A stretch of 64,000 nt of DNA from a virus. This document shows, in pieces, positions 16,269 through 26,382 of this stretch. The notes under the pieces were generated by a model. It was not told where the DNA came from. It ran no database searches and saw only the letters and a program-made list of their open reading frames with translations. The DNA is taken from IMG/VR virus record IMGVR_UViG_3300036944_000898, positions 1-64,000 of that record; one strand, given 5' to 3'. Numbering within the stretch: position 1 is the first letter of the stretch; each line of letters starts with the position of its first letter. The position numbers were made by a program, and so were the translations under genes.

Positions 16269-16709
16269 TTGGAAAACGAATTAATATTCATTCCTTTTAA
16301 TGTACCATCATTAAAGAATTCCAAAATAAAAACCTCAAGAGGAATATTTCCTTCTAAAACAGTTAAAAATTATCTTACAGATTTAGGTATTCAAAGATAT
16401 TCAGCTTCTCGTAAAGAAGTAGTTGGATATAAAACAAAACCTAATAAATTTCAAGAATTAAGAGAAATATTTAATAAATCTTTAGAAGGAAAAGAACTTC
16501 CTGTAGAAATAGGTTTTCATTTTGTAAGAAAAACAAAGCATAAATTTGATTTTAATAATGCAAATCAAATTATAGCTGATTTACTTACAGCTCATGGAAT
16601 TATTGAAGATGATAATATGGATTATTTTATTCCATATGCGTTTAAAATGAATGATAAATTTTACACAATAGACAAGGAAAATCCTGGCGTCTATTTACAA
16701 ATAAAATAG
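16269..16709 (+). CDS. rusA: RusA-family Holliday junction resolvase
   Basis: KFDFNNANQIIADLLTAHGIIEDDN aligns with the RusA D-x-D-N..K...D.L...G...DD block. Apparent TTG start. Confidence 0.6.
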   Translation: MENELIFIPFNVPSLKNSKIKTSRGIFPSKTVKNYLTDLGIQRYSASRKEVVGYKTKPNKFQELREIFNKSLEGKELPVEIGFHFVRKTKHKFDFNNANQIIADLLTAHGIIEDDNMDYFIPYAFKMNDKFYTIDKENPGVYLQIK

Positions 16710-16712
16710 AAA

Positions 16713-17012
16713 ATGAACAATAAAGAAAAATTAAAAAATATATTATTATTAAGTACATTTATATTATCTGATGAAGAACATAATGAATTAAATAAACTTT
16801 TAGAAAATAATAAATTTAATAGAGCTAGACTTTTATTAGATGACTTATTAGAATCAAAAGAGGTTGAGATGATTATGGAACCTGACAATCAGGAATACAT
16901 TACAGAGTATAAACAACTTGATAATTTACAAAATTTGATAATTGATCTTATTGTCAATGAAGAAGTAGATGAAAGAGAAAAGCAATTTGAATCAAATTTT
17001 AAACAACAATGA
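16713..17012 (+). CDS. small acidic hypothetical protein
   Basis: 99 aa with about 23 D/E versus 12 K/R by my count. Confidence 0.7.
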   Translation: MNNKEKLKNILLLSTFILSDEEHNELNKLLENNKFNRARLLLDDLLESKEVEMIMEPDNQEYITEYKQLDNLQNLIIDLIVNEEVDEREKQFESNFKQQ

Positions 17013-18000
17013 AGAAATTGACTTAACACTTAGTTATAGTAGACTGTCAGACTTTGACAGAAATGGACCACAAGCTTTGATTAGAAAAAGTGATGTGGAA
17101 AATAAAGGAATTAAACATGGTTCAATAGTTAATGATTTACTTGTAGAGAAATTAACTGAAGAACCATTGTTTTCTAATAGATATTATATTTATGATGAAA
17201 ACAAACCAACAGCAACACTTGGAACATTATGTGATATTATTTTAAATAATTATGATAGTTTACCTAAATTAGATGTAATTCTTAAAATAGTTAAAAATAA
17301 TGGATTTTGGAGTGGTGTGAAAGTAGAAGAAACATTAATTGCAAAATTTAACACTAATGAATTTTGGGAATATTTAAAAATACAATTTAAAATTAAAGAT
17401 AAACTTGTAATCACTTTTAATGAACATTTAAGTGCTAAAAATACAGTAAATACTTTATTATCACATGAATATTCTAAAAATATATTTTATAATGATTTAG
17501 AAAATTATCATGAATTACCATTTGAAATTGAATACAAAAGATTTAAATTTAAAGGTATTTTAGATATATTTCAAATAGATCATAAAAATAAAAAAGTTTA
17601 TATGATTGATTTAAAAACTGGAGCAGGTAAATCTGAAACATTTTTAAAAAGTTTTATAGATTATAGATATTATTATCAAGGTGCTATTTATAGAATAGCT
17701 TTTAAATATTTTTGTGATAAATTTAATTTAGTAGATTATACATTAGAAAACTTTAAATTTTTATTTATAGGTAAATCTGAAAACATACCTATTATATTTG
17801 AATTTACAGAAAAATGGAATCAAGCTGCAATTAAAGGATTTAAAACTAAATCTGGATATTTTTATACAGGTATAGATGAAAATCTTGAAAAAGTATATTA
17901 TCATTGGAAACATAATAAATATGATTTTTCTAAAGATATATATGAACAAAATGGTTGTTTAATTTTAAATGATGAATTTATAGAAGTAAATGAGGTATAA
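16969..18000 (+). CDS. PD-(D/E)xK nuclease (Cas4/RecB-like exonuclease)
   Basis: GILDIFQID..VYMIDLKTG (D..D-x-K) and YYYQGAIY (QxxxY). The start is uncertain because it overlaps the previous ORF by 44 nt. Confidence 0.6.
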   Translation: MKEKSNLNQILNNNEEIDLTLSYSRLSDFDRNGPQALIRKSDVENKGIKHGSIVNDLLVEKLTEEPLFSNRYYIYDENKPTATLGTLCDIILNNYDSLPKLDVILKIVKNNGFWSGVKVEETLIAKFNTNEFWEYLKIQFKIKDKLVITFNEHLSAKNTVNTLLSHEYSKNIFYNDLENYHELPFEIEYKRFKFKGILDIFQIDHKNKKVYMIDLKTGAGKSETFLKSFIDYRYYYQGAIYRIAFKYFCDKFNLVDYTLENFKFLFIGKSENIPIIFEFTEKWNQAAIKGFKTKSGYFYTGIDENLEKVYYHWKHNKYDFSKDIYEQNGCLILNDEFIEVNEV

Positions 18001-18538
18001 TAAAAGTAAAACATATTTATTACCTTTAATTGCTCCACTTATTGGAATTGAAGAAAAGTATATTTCTGATTTAGAAAATACTTTTATGTTTGATTCTAAT
18101 AATGAATTTAATCAATGTTTTTATATTCGTCATAATTTTTCTTTTAGAAATCCGGAATTTACAAAATATGAACACAAACTTACACAATGTTATTTATTTA
18201 AAAAATTAATAGACATTAATAAAGATGAGGTTTTGTATATTTTTGATTTTCCTGAAGAATATTTACATGAATATTACTGTTTAAGAGATAGTAAATATTC
18301 AGAATTTGGTGAAGACGCAAAACAACAAATATTAAATTTTTGGACAAAATTATACGGTAAAACAACAACAGGTGTTAACTTTGTACTTTCTGTAAAAAAA
18401 ATACTATATAAAGACTCAAAATTAAAAAAACAAATTGAAGAAAGTTTAAGTTCTAAAGAACATAAAGTTATTTTAGATGATAACGCAGAACTTGGAGAAA
18501 AAGTAGAAATAAGTAATGAAACATTTACTTTAATATAA
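17990..18538 (+). CDS. hypothetical protein
   Basis: 182-aa ORF in the operon. Confidence 0.8.
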   Translation: MRYNKSKTYLLPLIAPLIGIEEKYISDLENTFMFDSNNEFNQCFYIRHNFSFRNPEFTKYEHKLTQCYLFKKLIDINKDEVLYIFDFPEEYLHEYYCLRDSKYSEFGEDAKQQILNFWTKLYGKTTTGVNFVLSVKKILYKDSKLKKQIEESLSSKEHKVILDDNAELGEKVEISNETFTLI

Positions 18539-18543
18539 TTAAA

Positions 18544-18918
18544 ATGAATTTAATAGAAATATTTAGTATAATAATTATACATTGGTTTGCAGATTTTTTA
18601 ATGCAAGATGAAAAATGGGCTTTAGGAAAAAGTAAAAATTGGAATGATTTATTAAAACATACTTTTATGTATAGTTTTATTTGGTTAATTGTTGGATTAT
18701 TTATATTTAACAATATAAATGTTTTATATTTCTTTTTAATTACTTTCATTACTCATACAATAACAGATTATTTTACATCACGTATTGTAAGTAAAAAATT
18801 TGCTAAACAACAATATGGTAGTTCAATACCTAATATAGGTGGGTTTACTATTATTGGAATTGATCAAGTATTACATTATATCCAATTATTTGCAACATAT
18901 TGGTTGTTGTGTAAATAA
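18544..18918 (+). CDS. membrane protein, DUF3307-like
   Basis: IIHWFADFLMQDE (H...DF..Q) and several hydrophobic helices. Confidence 0.5.
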   Translation: MNLIEIFSIIIIHWFADFLMQDEKWALGKSKNWNDLLKHTFMYSFIWLIVGLFIFNNINVLYFFLITFITHTITDYFTSRIVSKKFAKQQYGSSIPNIGGFTIIGIDQVLHYIQLFATYWLLCK

Positions 18919-19105
18919 CAAAATAGTGAACAAAGGTTAGTAGTAGCTTGAATCTAAACCAGTAACCTTGAGATAATATCAATACCCATTAAGATCGTCT
19001 GTTAGGGATTCTTTTTTAATAAAATTTATTAAAAATAAAAACAAACTTAAAAAACATTAAAAACATAAATAAATTTTATATTAATTAACAATTTAATAAA
19101 ATTTA

Positions 19106-20968
19106 ATGAGTTTAAGTTTAGATAAAAAAATATTAAGTGACATTACGGTATATTCAAAATATGCCAAACATTTACCTGAGTTAGAAAGAAGAGAAACTTG
19201 GGAAGAATTAGTTAAAAGAAATATGCATATGCATATAAAAAAACATCCAAATATTAAAAATGATATTGAAAATGTTTATAAAAATTTTGTTTTAACTAAA
19301 AAGATTTTACCTTCAATGCGAAGTTTACAATTTGGTGGTAGAGCAATTGACATGAATAATAGTAGAATTTATAATTGTGCATTTTTACCAATTGATGATA
19401 TTCGTAGTTTTAGTGAAACTATGTTTTTATTATTAGGTGGTACAGGTGTAGGTTATAGTGTTCAAAATCATCATATTGATAAATTACCTGAAATTAGAAA
19501 ACCTAATTTTGAACGTAAAAAAAAGTATGTAGTACAAGATAGTATTATTGGTTGGGCAGATGCTATTAAAGTTTTATTTAAATCTTACATATCAGGTGGA
19601 AGTCATATTGAGTTTGATTTATCTGATATTAGACATAAAGGAGCTTTATTAGTAACAGCAGGTGGTAAAGCACCAGGACCAGAACCTTTAAGAATTGCTT
19701 TAGTTAAAATTGAAGCTATTTTAAGAGAAAAAGAAGATGGTTCTAAATTAACTGATATAGAATGTCATGATATTCAATGTCATATTGCAGACGCTGTATT
19801 AGCAGGTGGTATTAGACGTGCAGCAATGATTAGTTTATTTGATTTAGATAGTGATGCTATGTTAAATTGTAAAGCTGGTAATTGGTGGGAATCTAATCCA
19901 CAAAGAGGTAGAGCTAATAACTCAGTAGTTCTGTTAAGACATAAAATTGATAAAAAAACTTTTGATAAAGTTTGGGAAAGAATTGAAGCTTCAGGAAGTG
20001 GTGAGCCAGGTATTTATCTTACAAATGATAAAGATTGGGGAACTAATCCATGTTGTGAAATTGCATTAAGACCTTATCAATTTTGTAATCTTTGTGAAAT
20101 TAATATGTCTAATATTGAATCTCAACAAGATTTAAATGAAAGATGTAGAGCTGCTTCTTATGTAGGTACATTACAAGCATCTTATACAGACTTTCACTAT
20201 CTTAGAGATATATGGAAAAAAAATACTGAAAAAGATGCTTTAATTGGTGTTTCTATGACAGGTATTGCATCTAAAAGTAATCTTGAATTAGATTATGAAC
20301 AAGCAGCAAATATTGTAATTGAACAAAATAAAATATTAGCTGAAGCTTTAAATATTAATCCTGCGGCAAGAACTACTGCTGTAAAACCTGCTGGAACTAC
20401 TAGTTTAGTTTTAGGTACATCATCAGGAATTCATGCTTGGCATAATGATTACTATTTAAGAAGAATGCGTATTAATAAAAATGAAGCTTTATATCAATAT
20501 TTAGCTATTTATCATTCAGAATTAATTGAAGATGAGTATTTTAGTCCTAATACTACTGCTGTAATTACAGTGCCTCAAAAAGCACCAGAAGGAGCTATAA
20601 CACGACATGAATCAACAATTGATGCTTTAGAAAGAGTTAAACTTATTTCTAAAGATTGGGTTAAAACAGGACATATTAAAGGTCAAAATACACATAATGT
20701 ATCTTGTACTGTATCTGTAAGACCTGATGAATGGAAGATTGTTGGAGAATGGATGTGGGTTAATAAAGATTACTATAATGGATTATCTGTACTTCCTTAC
20801 AATGGTGGTACTTATAAACAAACTCCATTTGAAGATTGTACTAAAGAAACTTATGATAAATTAATGGAAACATTAAAAGATATTGATTTATCTAAAGTTA
20901 TTGAAGTAAATGATACTACTAATTTAAAAGACCAAGCTGCTTGTAGTGGTGCTGGTTGTGAGATTTAA
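19106..20968 (+). CDS. nrdJ: class II (adenosylcobalamin-dependent) ribonucleotide reductase
   Basis: GTNPCCEIAL.. active-site region, LPSMRSLQFGG, GGTGVGYS, and a C-terminal Cys pair ACSGAGCEI. 620 aa, monomeric-type size. Confidence 0.7.
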   Translation: MSLSLDKKILSDITVYSKYAKHLPELERRETWEELVKRNMHMHIKKHPNIKNDIENVYKNFVLTKKILPSMRSLQFGGRAIDMNNSRIYNCAFLPIDDIRSFSETMFLLLGGTGVGYSVQNHHIDKLPEIRKPNFERKKKYVVQDSIIGWADAIKVLFKSYISGGSHIEFDLSDIRHKGALLVTAGGKAPGPEPLRIALVKIEAILREKEDGSKLTDIECHDIQCHIADAVLAGGIRRAAMISLFDLDSDAMLNCKAGNWWESNPQRGRANNSVVLLRHKIDKKTFDKVWERIEASGSGEPGIYLTNDKDWGTNPCCEIALRPYQFCNLCEINMSNIESQQDLNERCRAASYVGTLQASYTDFHYLRDIWKKNTEKDALIGVSMTGIASKSNLELDYEQAANIVIEQNKILAEALNINPAARTTAVKPAGTTSLVLGTSSGIHAWHNDYYLRRMRINKNEALYQYLAIYHSELIEDEYFSPNTTAVITVPQKAPEGAITRHESTIDALERVKLISKDWVKTGHIKGQNTHNVSCTVSVRPDEWKIVGEWMWVNKDYYNGLSVLPYNGGTYKQTPFEDCTKETYDKLMETLKDIDLSKVIEVNDTTNLKDQAACSGAGCEI

Positions 20969-20969
20969 T

Positions 20970-21173
20970 ATGAAAAAATATAGATTTTTTTATCATTTTT
21001 ATAAACAAAAAGGTAAAATGAGTATTCATTTTAAAAATACTTGTTGTGTTGTAGATGGTGTAATATGTAATGTACCATGTGAAACAAAATGGAAATCTAG
21101 ACAACCTAAGTTGGTAATGCAAGGATTTGCTTTAAATGTAAGATTTGAAAATAACATTGGAATAATAGAATAA
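20970..21173 (+). CDS. small Cys-containing hypothetical protein
   Basis: ATG lies 1 nt after the RNR stop. The track start at 20946 lies inside the RNR gene. Confidence 0.6.
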   Translation: MKKYRFFYHFYKQKGKMSIHFKNTCCVVDGVICNVPCETKWKSRQPKLVMQGFALNVRFENNIGIIE

Positions 21174-22375
21174 TGAATAACCTTTTAAAAGATAAAATTC
21201 AAATGGAAGCAGTAGCTTCATGGTTAGAATCTAATTTAAAAGGTACATTTAATGTGTCGACTGGTGTAGGAAAAACTTTTATGTTCCTACACTGTCTTCA
21301 CAAAATGCCTAAAAATAAAGATATTCACTTATTTCTTGCTGAAGTTACAGATAGAAAAAAAGACTTATGGGATGATATTATTAAATATGACTCTATTTTT
21401 AATACTAGTACTTTAATAGATTACAATCTTAAATTTAAAACTTATCAATCAGCTTATAAATTAGAAGGATATGAATTTGGATTAATAGGTGCTGATGAAA
21501 TACACAATTCATTAACTCCTGAATATTCTAAATTTTATTTTAATAATAGTTATAAAGCTATTGTAGGTTTATCAGCAACAATTGATATAAACACAAAATA
21601 TGAAATTGATAATATATTTATTACCAAAGGTGACTTACTTAATAAGATTGCTCCAATTTGTTTTAAATACACCTTAACACAAGCTAAAAATGATGGTGTT
21701 GGTAGAAATTTAAAAGTATATGTTATTAATCAAGAATTAAACAATGTTGATAAAACAATAAAAGCAGGTAATCAGTTTAAATCTTTTTTTAAAACTGAAA
21801 AACAAGCTTATGATTATTGGGATAAAGAACATAAAAAATCTTGGTTTATTGAAGATCTAGAAATGAAATCTTTAAAAATAAGAATAACATCTACAAAAAG
21901 AAGTAATTTATTATTTAACTTACCTTCTAAAATAAATACAGTTAAAGATTTATTATATAATATTAAAGGTAAAACTATAATATTTGGTAACAGTTTAGAT
22001 AGTTTATTACAAATCACACCAAATGTAGTATCATCAAGATACTCTGAAGATGAAAATAAGGCTATTAGAGAAGCGTTTGAAACAAATAAGATACAAACTA
22101 TAGGTAGCTTTAAAAAACTTCGTCAAGGAGCAAATTTAACTGGTTTAGATAATTGTATAATAATGTCTTATTTTTCATCAGAAGGACATCAAGTTCAGCA
22201 ATGGGGTAGATTAAGACCTAATGATGGTAAAATAGGAAATGTGTTTATATTGTTAACTAAAGAAACTCAAGAAAAAGTGTGGTTTGAAAAAATGACAAAA
22301 GATTTACAAGATTTTGAATTTATCTATTGTGATAATTTAAAAGATTGTATTAAAAAATATAAAGAAAATAAATAA
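21173..22375 (+). CDS. superfamily 2 DEAD/DEAH-type helicase
   Basis: STGVGKT (motif I), GADEIHNS (II), LSAT (III), QQWGRLRP (VI). Confidence 0.7.
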   Translation: MNNLLKDKIQMEAVASWLESNLKGTFNVSTGVGKTFMFLHCLHKMPKNKDIHLFLAEVTDRKKDLWDDIIKYDSIFNTSTLIDYNLKFKTYQSAYKLEGYEFGLIGADEIHNSLTPEYSKFYFNNSYKAIVGLSATIDINTKYEIDNIFITKGDLLNKIAPICFKYTLTQAKNDGVGRNLKVYVINQELNNVDKTIKAGNQFKSFFKTEKQAYDYWDKEHKKSWFIEDLEMKSLKIRITSTKRSNLLFNLPSKINTVKDLLYNIKGKTIIFGNSLDSLLQITPNVVSSRYSEDENKAIREAFETNKIQTIGSFKKLRQGANLTGLDNCIIMSYFSSEGHQVQQWGRLRPNDGKIGNVFILLTKETQEKVWFEKMTKDLQDFEFIYCDNLKDCIKKYKENK

Positions 22376-22441
22376 AATAACAAAATATATAATTACTTTT
22401 TCAATGTATATTTATTATTATTACTTAAAAATTTTTAAATT

Positions 22442-22675
22442 ATGAATAAAATACCAACAGCAGAAGAATTTTTATTAAAACATGTAAAAAATCCAGATTT
22501 AACATCTAATTTTACAGAAATATTAATAAAATTTGCTAAACTTCATGTAGAAGCAGCCTTAAAAACAGCTAATGAACATGTAGAACTTGAAGGAGATGAG
22601 GGTTCTGATTTTACAGGGATTTATGTAAATAAAGATTCAATTTTAAATGCTTATTCGTTAGAAAATATTAAATAA
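22442..22675 (+). CDS. hypothetical protein
   Basis: 77-aa ORF directly abutting the next gene. Confidence 0.7.
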   Translation: MNKIPTAEEFLLKHVKNPDLTSNFTEILIKFAKLHVEAALKTANEHVELEGDEGSDFTGIYVNKDSILNAYSLENIK

Positions 22676-23386
22676 ATGAAAAAAATTAAAGAATTACAAA
22701 AACGATCAATGTTAGGTGAAGGTAGAAATTATGGAATAGGTTTTAGTATTCTTAACAAAATTGGAAATAAATTTAAAACTTATTTACCATTTACTGCATG
22801 TAGAGATTATTTAAATGATTTTATATTTGTAGAAAAATTTAAAAAAGAAATTGGTACAGCACATGGTTATAACCATAAAATATTAAATTGTTTTGAAAAT
22901 AAACGATTTTTTTATATTGGGGTAAACACACTACATTATAATGGTGGTGGTAATTGGAATTTAAAAGATGAAGCTACAAATTTATTAATTTCTAATTATA
23001 AAAATTTAGAATCTTTTTTAAATAAAATTGAAAATAATTTAAAATTTAAATCAAGAACTACTATTGAAGTTGATGAAGATGTATTAATTTTAAAAGTTCC
23101 TATTTATTGGAGTAAATCTACACCATTAATTAGTATTTACACATTATTAATTAGATGTTATTTTAATATTTCTAATAATTTTGTTATAAATGAAGAAAAT
23201 TTAAATACACATAAACCTTTTATTGAAGCAGATAATTATTTTGTAAAATCTTGTAGTAAATATTTTAAAAATATTAAAACTGTAGATTTTGAAAATGTAG
23301 ATTATAATACTTACAATGTTGAATATACAAAATGGAGTAGTGTACATAATTTTGGAATTCAAGGTTTTTTAGGTAAAATAACGTAA
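22676..23386 (+). CDS. hypothetical protein
   Basis: 236-aa ORF; its stop overlaps the next start. Confidence 0.8.
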   Translation: MKKIKELQKRSMLGEGRNYGIGFSILNKIGNKFKTYLPFTACRDYLNDFIFVEKFKKEIGTAHGYNHKILNCFENKRFFYIGVNTLHYNGGGNWNLKDEATNLLISNYKNLESFLNKIENNLKFKSRTTIEVDEDVLILKVPIYWSKSTPLISIYTLLIRCYFNISNNFVINEENLNTHKPFIEADNYFVKSCSKYFKNIKTVDFENVDYNTYNVEYTKWSSVHNFGIQGFLGKIT

Positions 23387-23676
23387 TGAAAGATAAAGAA
23401 TTAATAAAATATCTTGTTGAAACAAATGATCCTAAATATAATTTATTAAAAGCATCAGAAGAACTTCAAGAATTAGCTTTAGTTTTAACTCAAATGGCTC
23501 TTAAAAAAGAAAAAATTGATGAACAAGAAGTTATTGATGAAATTGGAGATGTTAAAATTAGATTAAAAATAATTTCTAAACTTTTTTGTAAAAAGAAAGT
23601 TAAAGAAAGAATTAAATTTAAATTAGATAAATTTAATTCTTATATTCAAGAAGGTAAATATAAAGGAGGAATTTAA
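23386..23676 (+). CDS. MazG-like nucleotide pyrophosphohydrolase
   Basis: ASEELQELALVL..VIDEIGDVKIRL (EExxE..ExxD pattern), ~96 aa, all-alpha type. Confidence 0.5.
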   Translation: MKDKELIKYLVETNDPKYNLLKASEELQELALVLTQMALKKEKIDEQEVIDEIGDVKIRLKIISKLFCKKKVKERIKFKLDKFNSYIQEGKYKGGI

Positions 23677-24002
23677 TGACAGAAAAAAGATTTGATGAAG
23701 TAGTAGATGAAGTTTGTGAACAAATCTCAAATGTGCTTAAAGTAAAAGCGAAAGAATATCGCAGGAATAACAATCCATTTCATAATTTTGATATTGGTTC
23801 ACAACGTAGTGGGTTAATACGTGAAAAAGTATTAGATGGATTTCTATTAAAACATGAAATATCTATTGCAGATATAACTAATGATTTAGTAGATGGTAAA
23901 TTACCAACAAAAGAATTATTAAATGAAAAATTTGGAGATAATATAATTTATCTTATAATTAAAAAAGCATCTATAATTGATAAAATTGAAAAAGATGAAT
24001 AA
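23676..24002 (+). CDS. hypothetical protein (possibly all-alpha NTP-pyrophosphohydrolase-like)
   Basis: 108-aa ORF with KEYRRNNNPFHNF..LLKHEISI; only a weak family resemblance. Confidence 0.6.
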   Translation: MTEKRFDEVVDEVCEQISNVLKVKAKEYRRNNNPFHNFDIGSQRSGLIREKVLDGFLLKHEISIADITNDLVDGKLPTKELLNEKFGDNIIYLIIKKASIIDKIEKDE

Positions 24003-24219
24003 AAATGAAATAAAAAAATTATTATATAAAGAAAAACCTATTGCAAAAAAAACTAATGATTTAATAATGTTGGTTCCAATAGAAAATACTTTATATAAAA
24101 CAATTTTAAATAATGGATTAGAAGTTTATTTTACAATTCCTCCAAAAGATAAAATTGAAGAAAAAGAAATCCCTGCTCAATTATTAATTAGATGGTTGTT
24201 AGATATTAAATATGATTAA
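23995..24219 (+). CDS. hypothetical protein
   Basis: ATGAATAA overlap with the upstream stop. The track start at 23977 is an alternative. Confidence 0.65.
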   Translation: MNKNEIKKLLYKEKPIAKKTNDLIMLVPIENTLYKTILNNGLEVYFTIPPKDKIEEKEIPAQLLIRWLLDIKYD

Positions 24220-24221
24220 TT

Positions 24222-24722
24222 ATGTCAGTTATACGTTATTATAGTGATCCACATTTTCATCATAGAAATATGGCTATTAAACGTGGTTTTAAAGATGAAA
24301 ATGAAATGAATGAACATATTGTATCAGAATGGAATAAAGTTGTATTTAAAAAAGATGTAACATATATTCTTGGTGATATAACTATGGAAAAAAATAATTA
24401 TGAAATACTTAATAAACTTAATGGAATTAAAAAAGTTATATTAGGTAACCATGATGAACCTCAACATGTACCATTTTTATTACAATATGTTAATAATGTT
24501 TGTGCTTTAAAATATATTAAACATAAAGAATTTGGTAATATTATATTAAGTCACGCTCCAATTCATCCTCAAGAATTGGAATATAGATTTAATATTAATA
24601 TTCATGGTCATGTACATGAAAATACTTTAACAGATAAACGTTATATAAATGTATCTGCTGAAGTTATAGATTATAAACCTAAATTATTAAGTGAATTAAT
24701 ACCTATATTGAGAATATTATGA
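24222..24722 (+). CDS. calcineurin-like metallophosphoesterase
   Basis: SDPHFHH, LGDITM, LGNHD, SHAPIH, IHGHVH. Confidence 0.7.
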   Translation: MSVIRYYSDPHFHHRNMAIKRGFKDENEMNEHIVSEWNKVVFKKDVTYILGDITMEKNNYEILNKLNGIKKVILGNHDEPQHVPFLLQYVNNVCALKYIKHKEFGNIILSHAPIHPQELEYRFNINIHGHVHENTLTDKRYINVSAEVIDYKPKLLSELIPILRIL

Positions 24723-25174
24723 GAAATTCTAAAAGAATACCAATTTGTCTAGAATTATTTAAAAAACCTAAAATATTACAAGATTTTTTAAATTATTCTT
24801 TAGATAGTGTAATTCATACTATATATGTAGATTGGAAACTAATTGAAGAAACATGGTTAAAATATCCAGATTTAAGATTTGGACAATTATTATGTAATTT
24901 GAGATTAATTTCAAATATTGATATTGAAAATCACATTTGGAATGTAGAAGAAGATAATTGGTTAATAGATAATGGTTATTGTAATATAGAGGAAATTAAA
25001 TTTTGGGGAGTTAATTTTTATAAAAATGATAAACCTCGTAAAAAAACTAAATATGTTTTATTGAAAAATTTGAAAATAGATCATATAATAAATATAATTA
25101 AATTTTTTGAAAATAGATTAGATAGAATACCTATAAAGTATTTAGAATATTTTAAACAAAGAATAAATGAATAA
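24719..25174 (+). CDS. hypothetical protein
   Basis: 151-aa ORF with overlapping start and stop on both sides. Confidence 0.8.
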   Translation: MRNSKRIPICLELFKKPKILQDFLNYSLDSVIHTIYVDWKLIEETWLKYPDLRFGQLLCNLRLISNIDIENHIWNVEEDNWLIDNGYCNIEEIKFWGVNFYKNDKPRKKTKYVLLKNLKIDHIINIIKFFENRLDRIPIKYLEYFKQRINE

Positions 25175-25889
25175 AAATAGTGTAGAACTTTTAGGCTTTT
25201 ATGGAAGTGATGAGGTTGTAGCACAATCTGCTTGGACCAGTACATCAAGAGATATTACAGATGCTAAAAAAGAAAGAATTTCTAATTTATTAGAAATGCT
25301 TTGGTCTAATAAACATGAAACACCATTTGAGAAAGTTTCAGTACACTTTTTAGTTGATACTGAAATAGCTAGTCATATTCATTTGTTAAAACATAGAATG
25401 TCTAGTATTAATGGTGAATCAGCTAGATATAAAGAATTAAAAGAAGATAAATTTTATTTACCTAAAGATTGGAAAGGTATTCAAATACAATCTAAAGAAA
25501 TAGATATGTTATATGGAAATGGCGATTGGTATAAAACTTTAGAATCATTTACAAAAGAAGCTAATAATTTATATCATGCTTGTTTAGAAGATTTAACACC
25601 TGTATTAGGTCGTAAAAGAGCTAAAGAAAGTGCTAGATTTTTTAAAACATATAATTCACAAATCCAAGCTGATGTAACTTTTAATATGAGAAGTTTTGCT
25701 AATTTTATTAAATTAAGAAATAGTGAACATGCTCAATTAGAAATTAGAGAAATTGCACAACAAATGTGGAATTTAGTTCAAACTGAAACTGAAGGTAAAT
25801 TTGATAATATACTTAAAGTTATTGATGATAGAATTAAATTTGAAGAAAAGTGTGAAAAGTATAAAGAATTAATAATGAATTTAGAATGA
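25167..25889 (+). CDS. thyX: flavin-dependent thymidylate synthase
   Basis: ThyX signature LLKHRMSSINGESARY (RHRxxS..ES.R type), ~240 aa. Confidence 0.75.
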   Translation: MNKNSVELLGFYGSDEVVAQSAWTSTSRDITDAKKERISNLLEMLWSNKHETPFEKVSVHFLVDTEIASHIHLLKHRMSSINGESARYKELKEDKFYLPKDWKGIQIQSKEIDMLYGNGDWYKTLESFTKEANNLYHACLEDLTPVLGRKRAKESARFFKTYNSQIQADVTFNMRSFANFIKLRNSEHAQLEIREIAQQMWNLVQTETEGKFDNILKVIDDRIKFEEKCEKYKELIMNLE

Positions 25890-26059
25890 TTCAAAAAATA
25901 ATTATATTATGTTTTGAAACATCTGAAGTTTTAATTTATAATTATGACTCAAATATTTGGGAAGATGTCGAAGATTTTTTAACATCTGAAGAAATTGATA
26001 TAAGTCCAAATAATTGTCAATGGATGGTTGTTAATGAATTAAATATACAAATAAAATGA
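25886..26059 (+). CDS. small acidic hypothetical protein (57 aa, below the track cutoff)
   Basis: ATGA overlaps with both thyX (25886-25889) and the next gene (26056-26059). It exactly fills an otherwise empty 166-nt gap. Confidence 0.55.
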   Translation: MIQKIIILCFETSEVLIYNYDSNIWEDVEDFLTSEEIDISPNNCQWMVVNELNIQIK

Positions 26060-26325
26060 TACAACAAATATTAATAATGTTAGAATTAACTATCCTACAA
26101 AATGCAAGTTTTACTTTAGTTAGTAGAGCAAGAAATAGTAGCAGTTTGTTATATCATACTGTTGCTTCAATATTATCAAATGGTATATGGTTACTTGTTA
26201 TTAGACATGTAGTTACTAATTTTGATAATTGGATATTAATGGTTACTTATGTAATAGGTGCTGTTATTGGAAGTATTGGTATGCATTATATTGCTATGAA
26301 ATATTTTGAAAAACCTAAAAATTAA
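26056..26325 (+). CDS. small integral membrane protein
   Basis: 89 aa with three hydrophobic segments; last gene of the + block. Confidence 0.7.
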   Translation: MIQQILIMLELTILQNASFTLVSRARNSSSLLYHTVASILSNGIWLLVIRHVVTNFDNWILMVTYVIGAVIGSIGMHYIAMKYFEKPKN

Positions 26326-26337
26326 ATAAAAACAAAA

Positions 26338-26376
26338 AAGAGGTAGCTACAATTAGTAGACTACCTCTTTTTTTTT
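26338..26376. terminator. bidirectional intrinsic terminator between the convergent blocks
   Basis: AAGAGGTAG 26338-26346 with CTACCTCTT 26361-26369, flanked by an A-run upstream and a T-run downstream. Confidence 0.75.
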
Positions 26377-26382
26377 GACTTT

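Noticed and set aside
18919-19105. Cobalamin riboswitch in front of the B12-dependent RNR
   Set aside because: I could not find a B12-box-like conserved core or the multi-stem junction expected. It is kept only as a low-interest leader observation.
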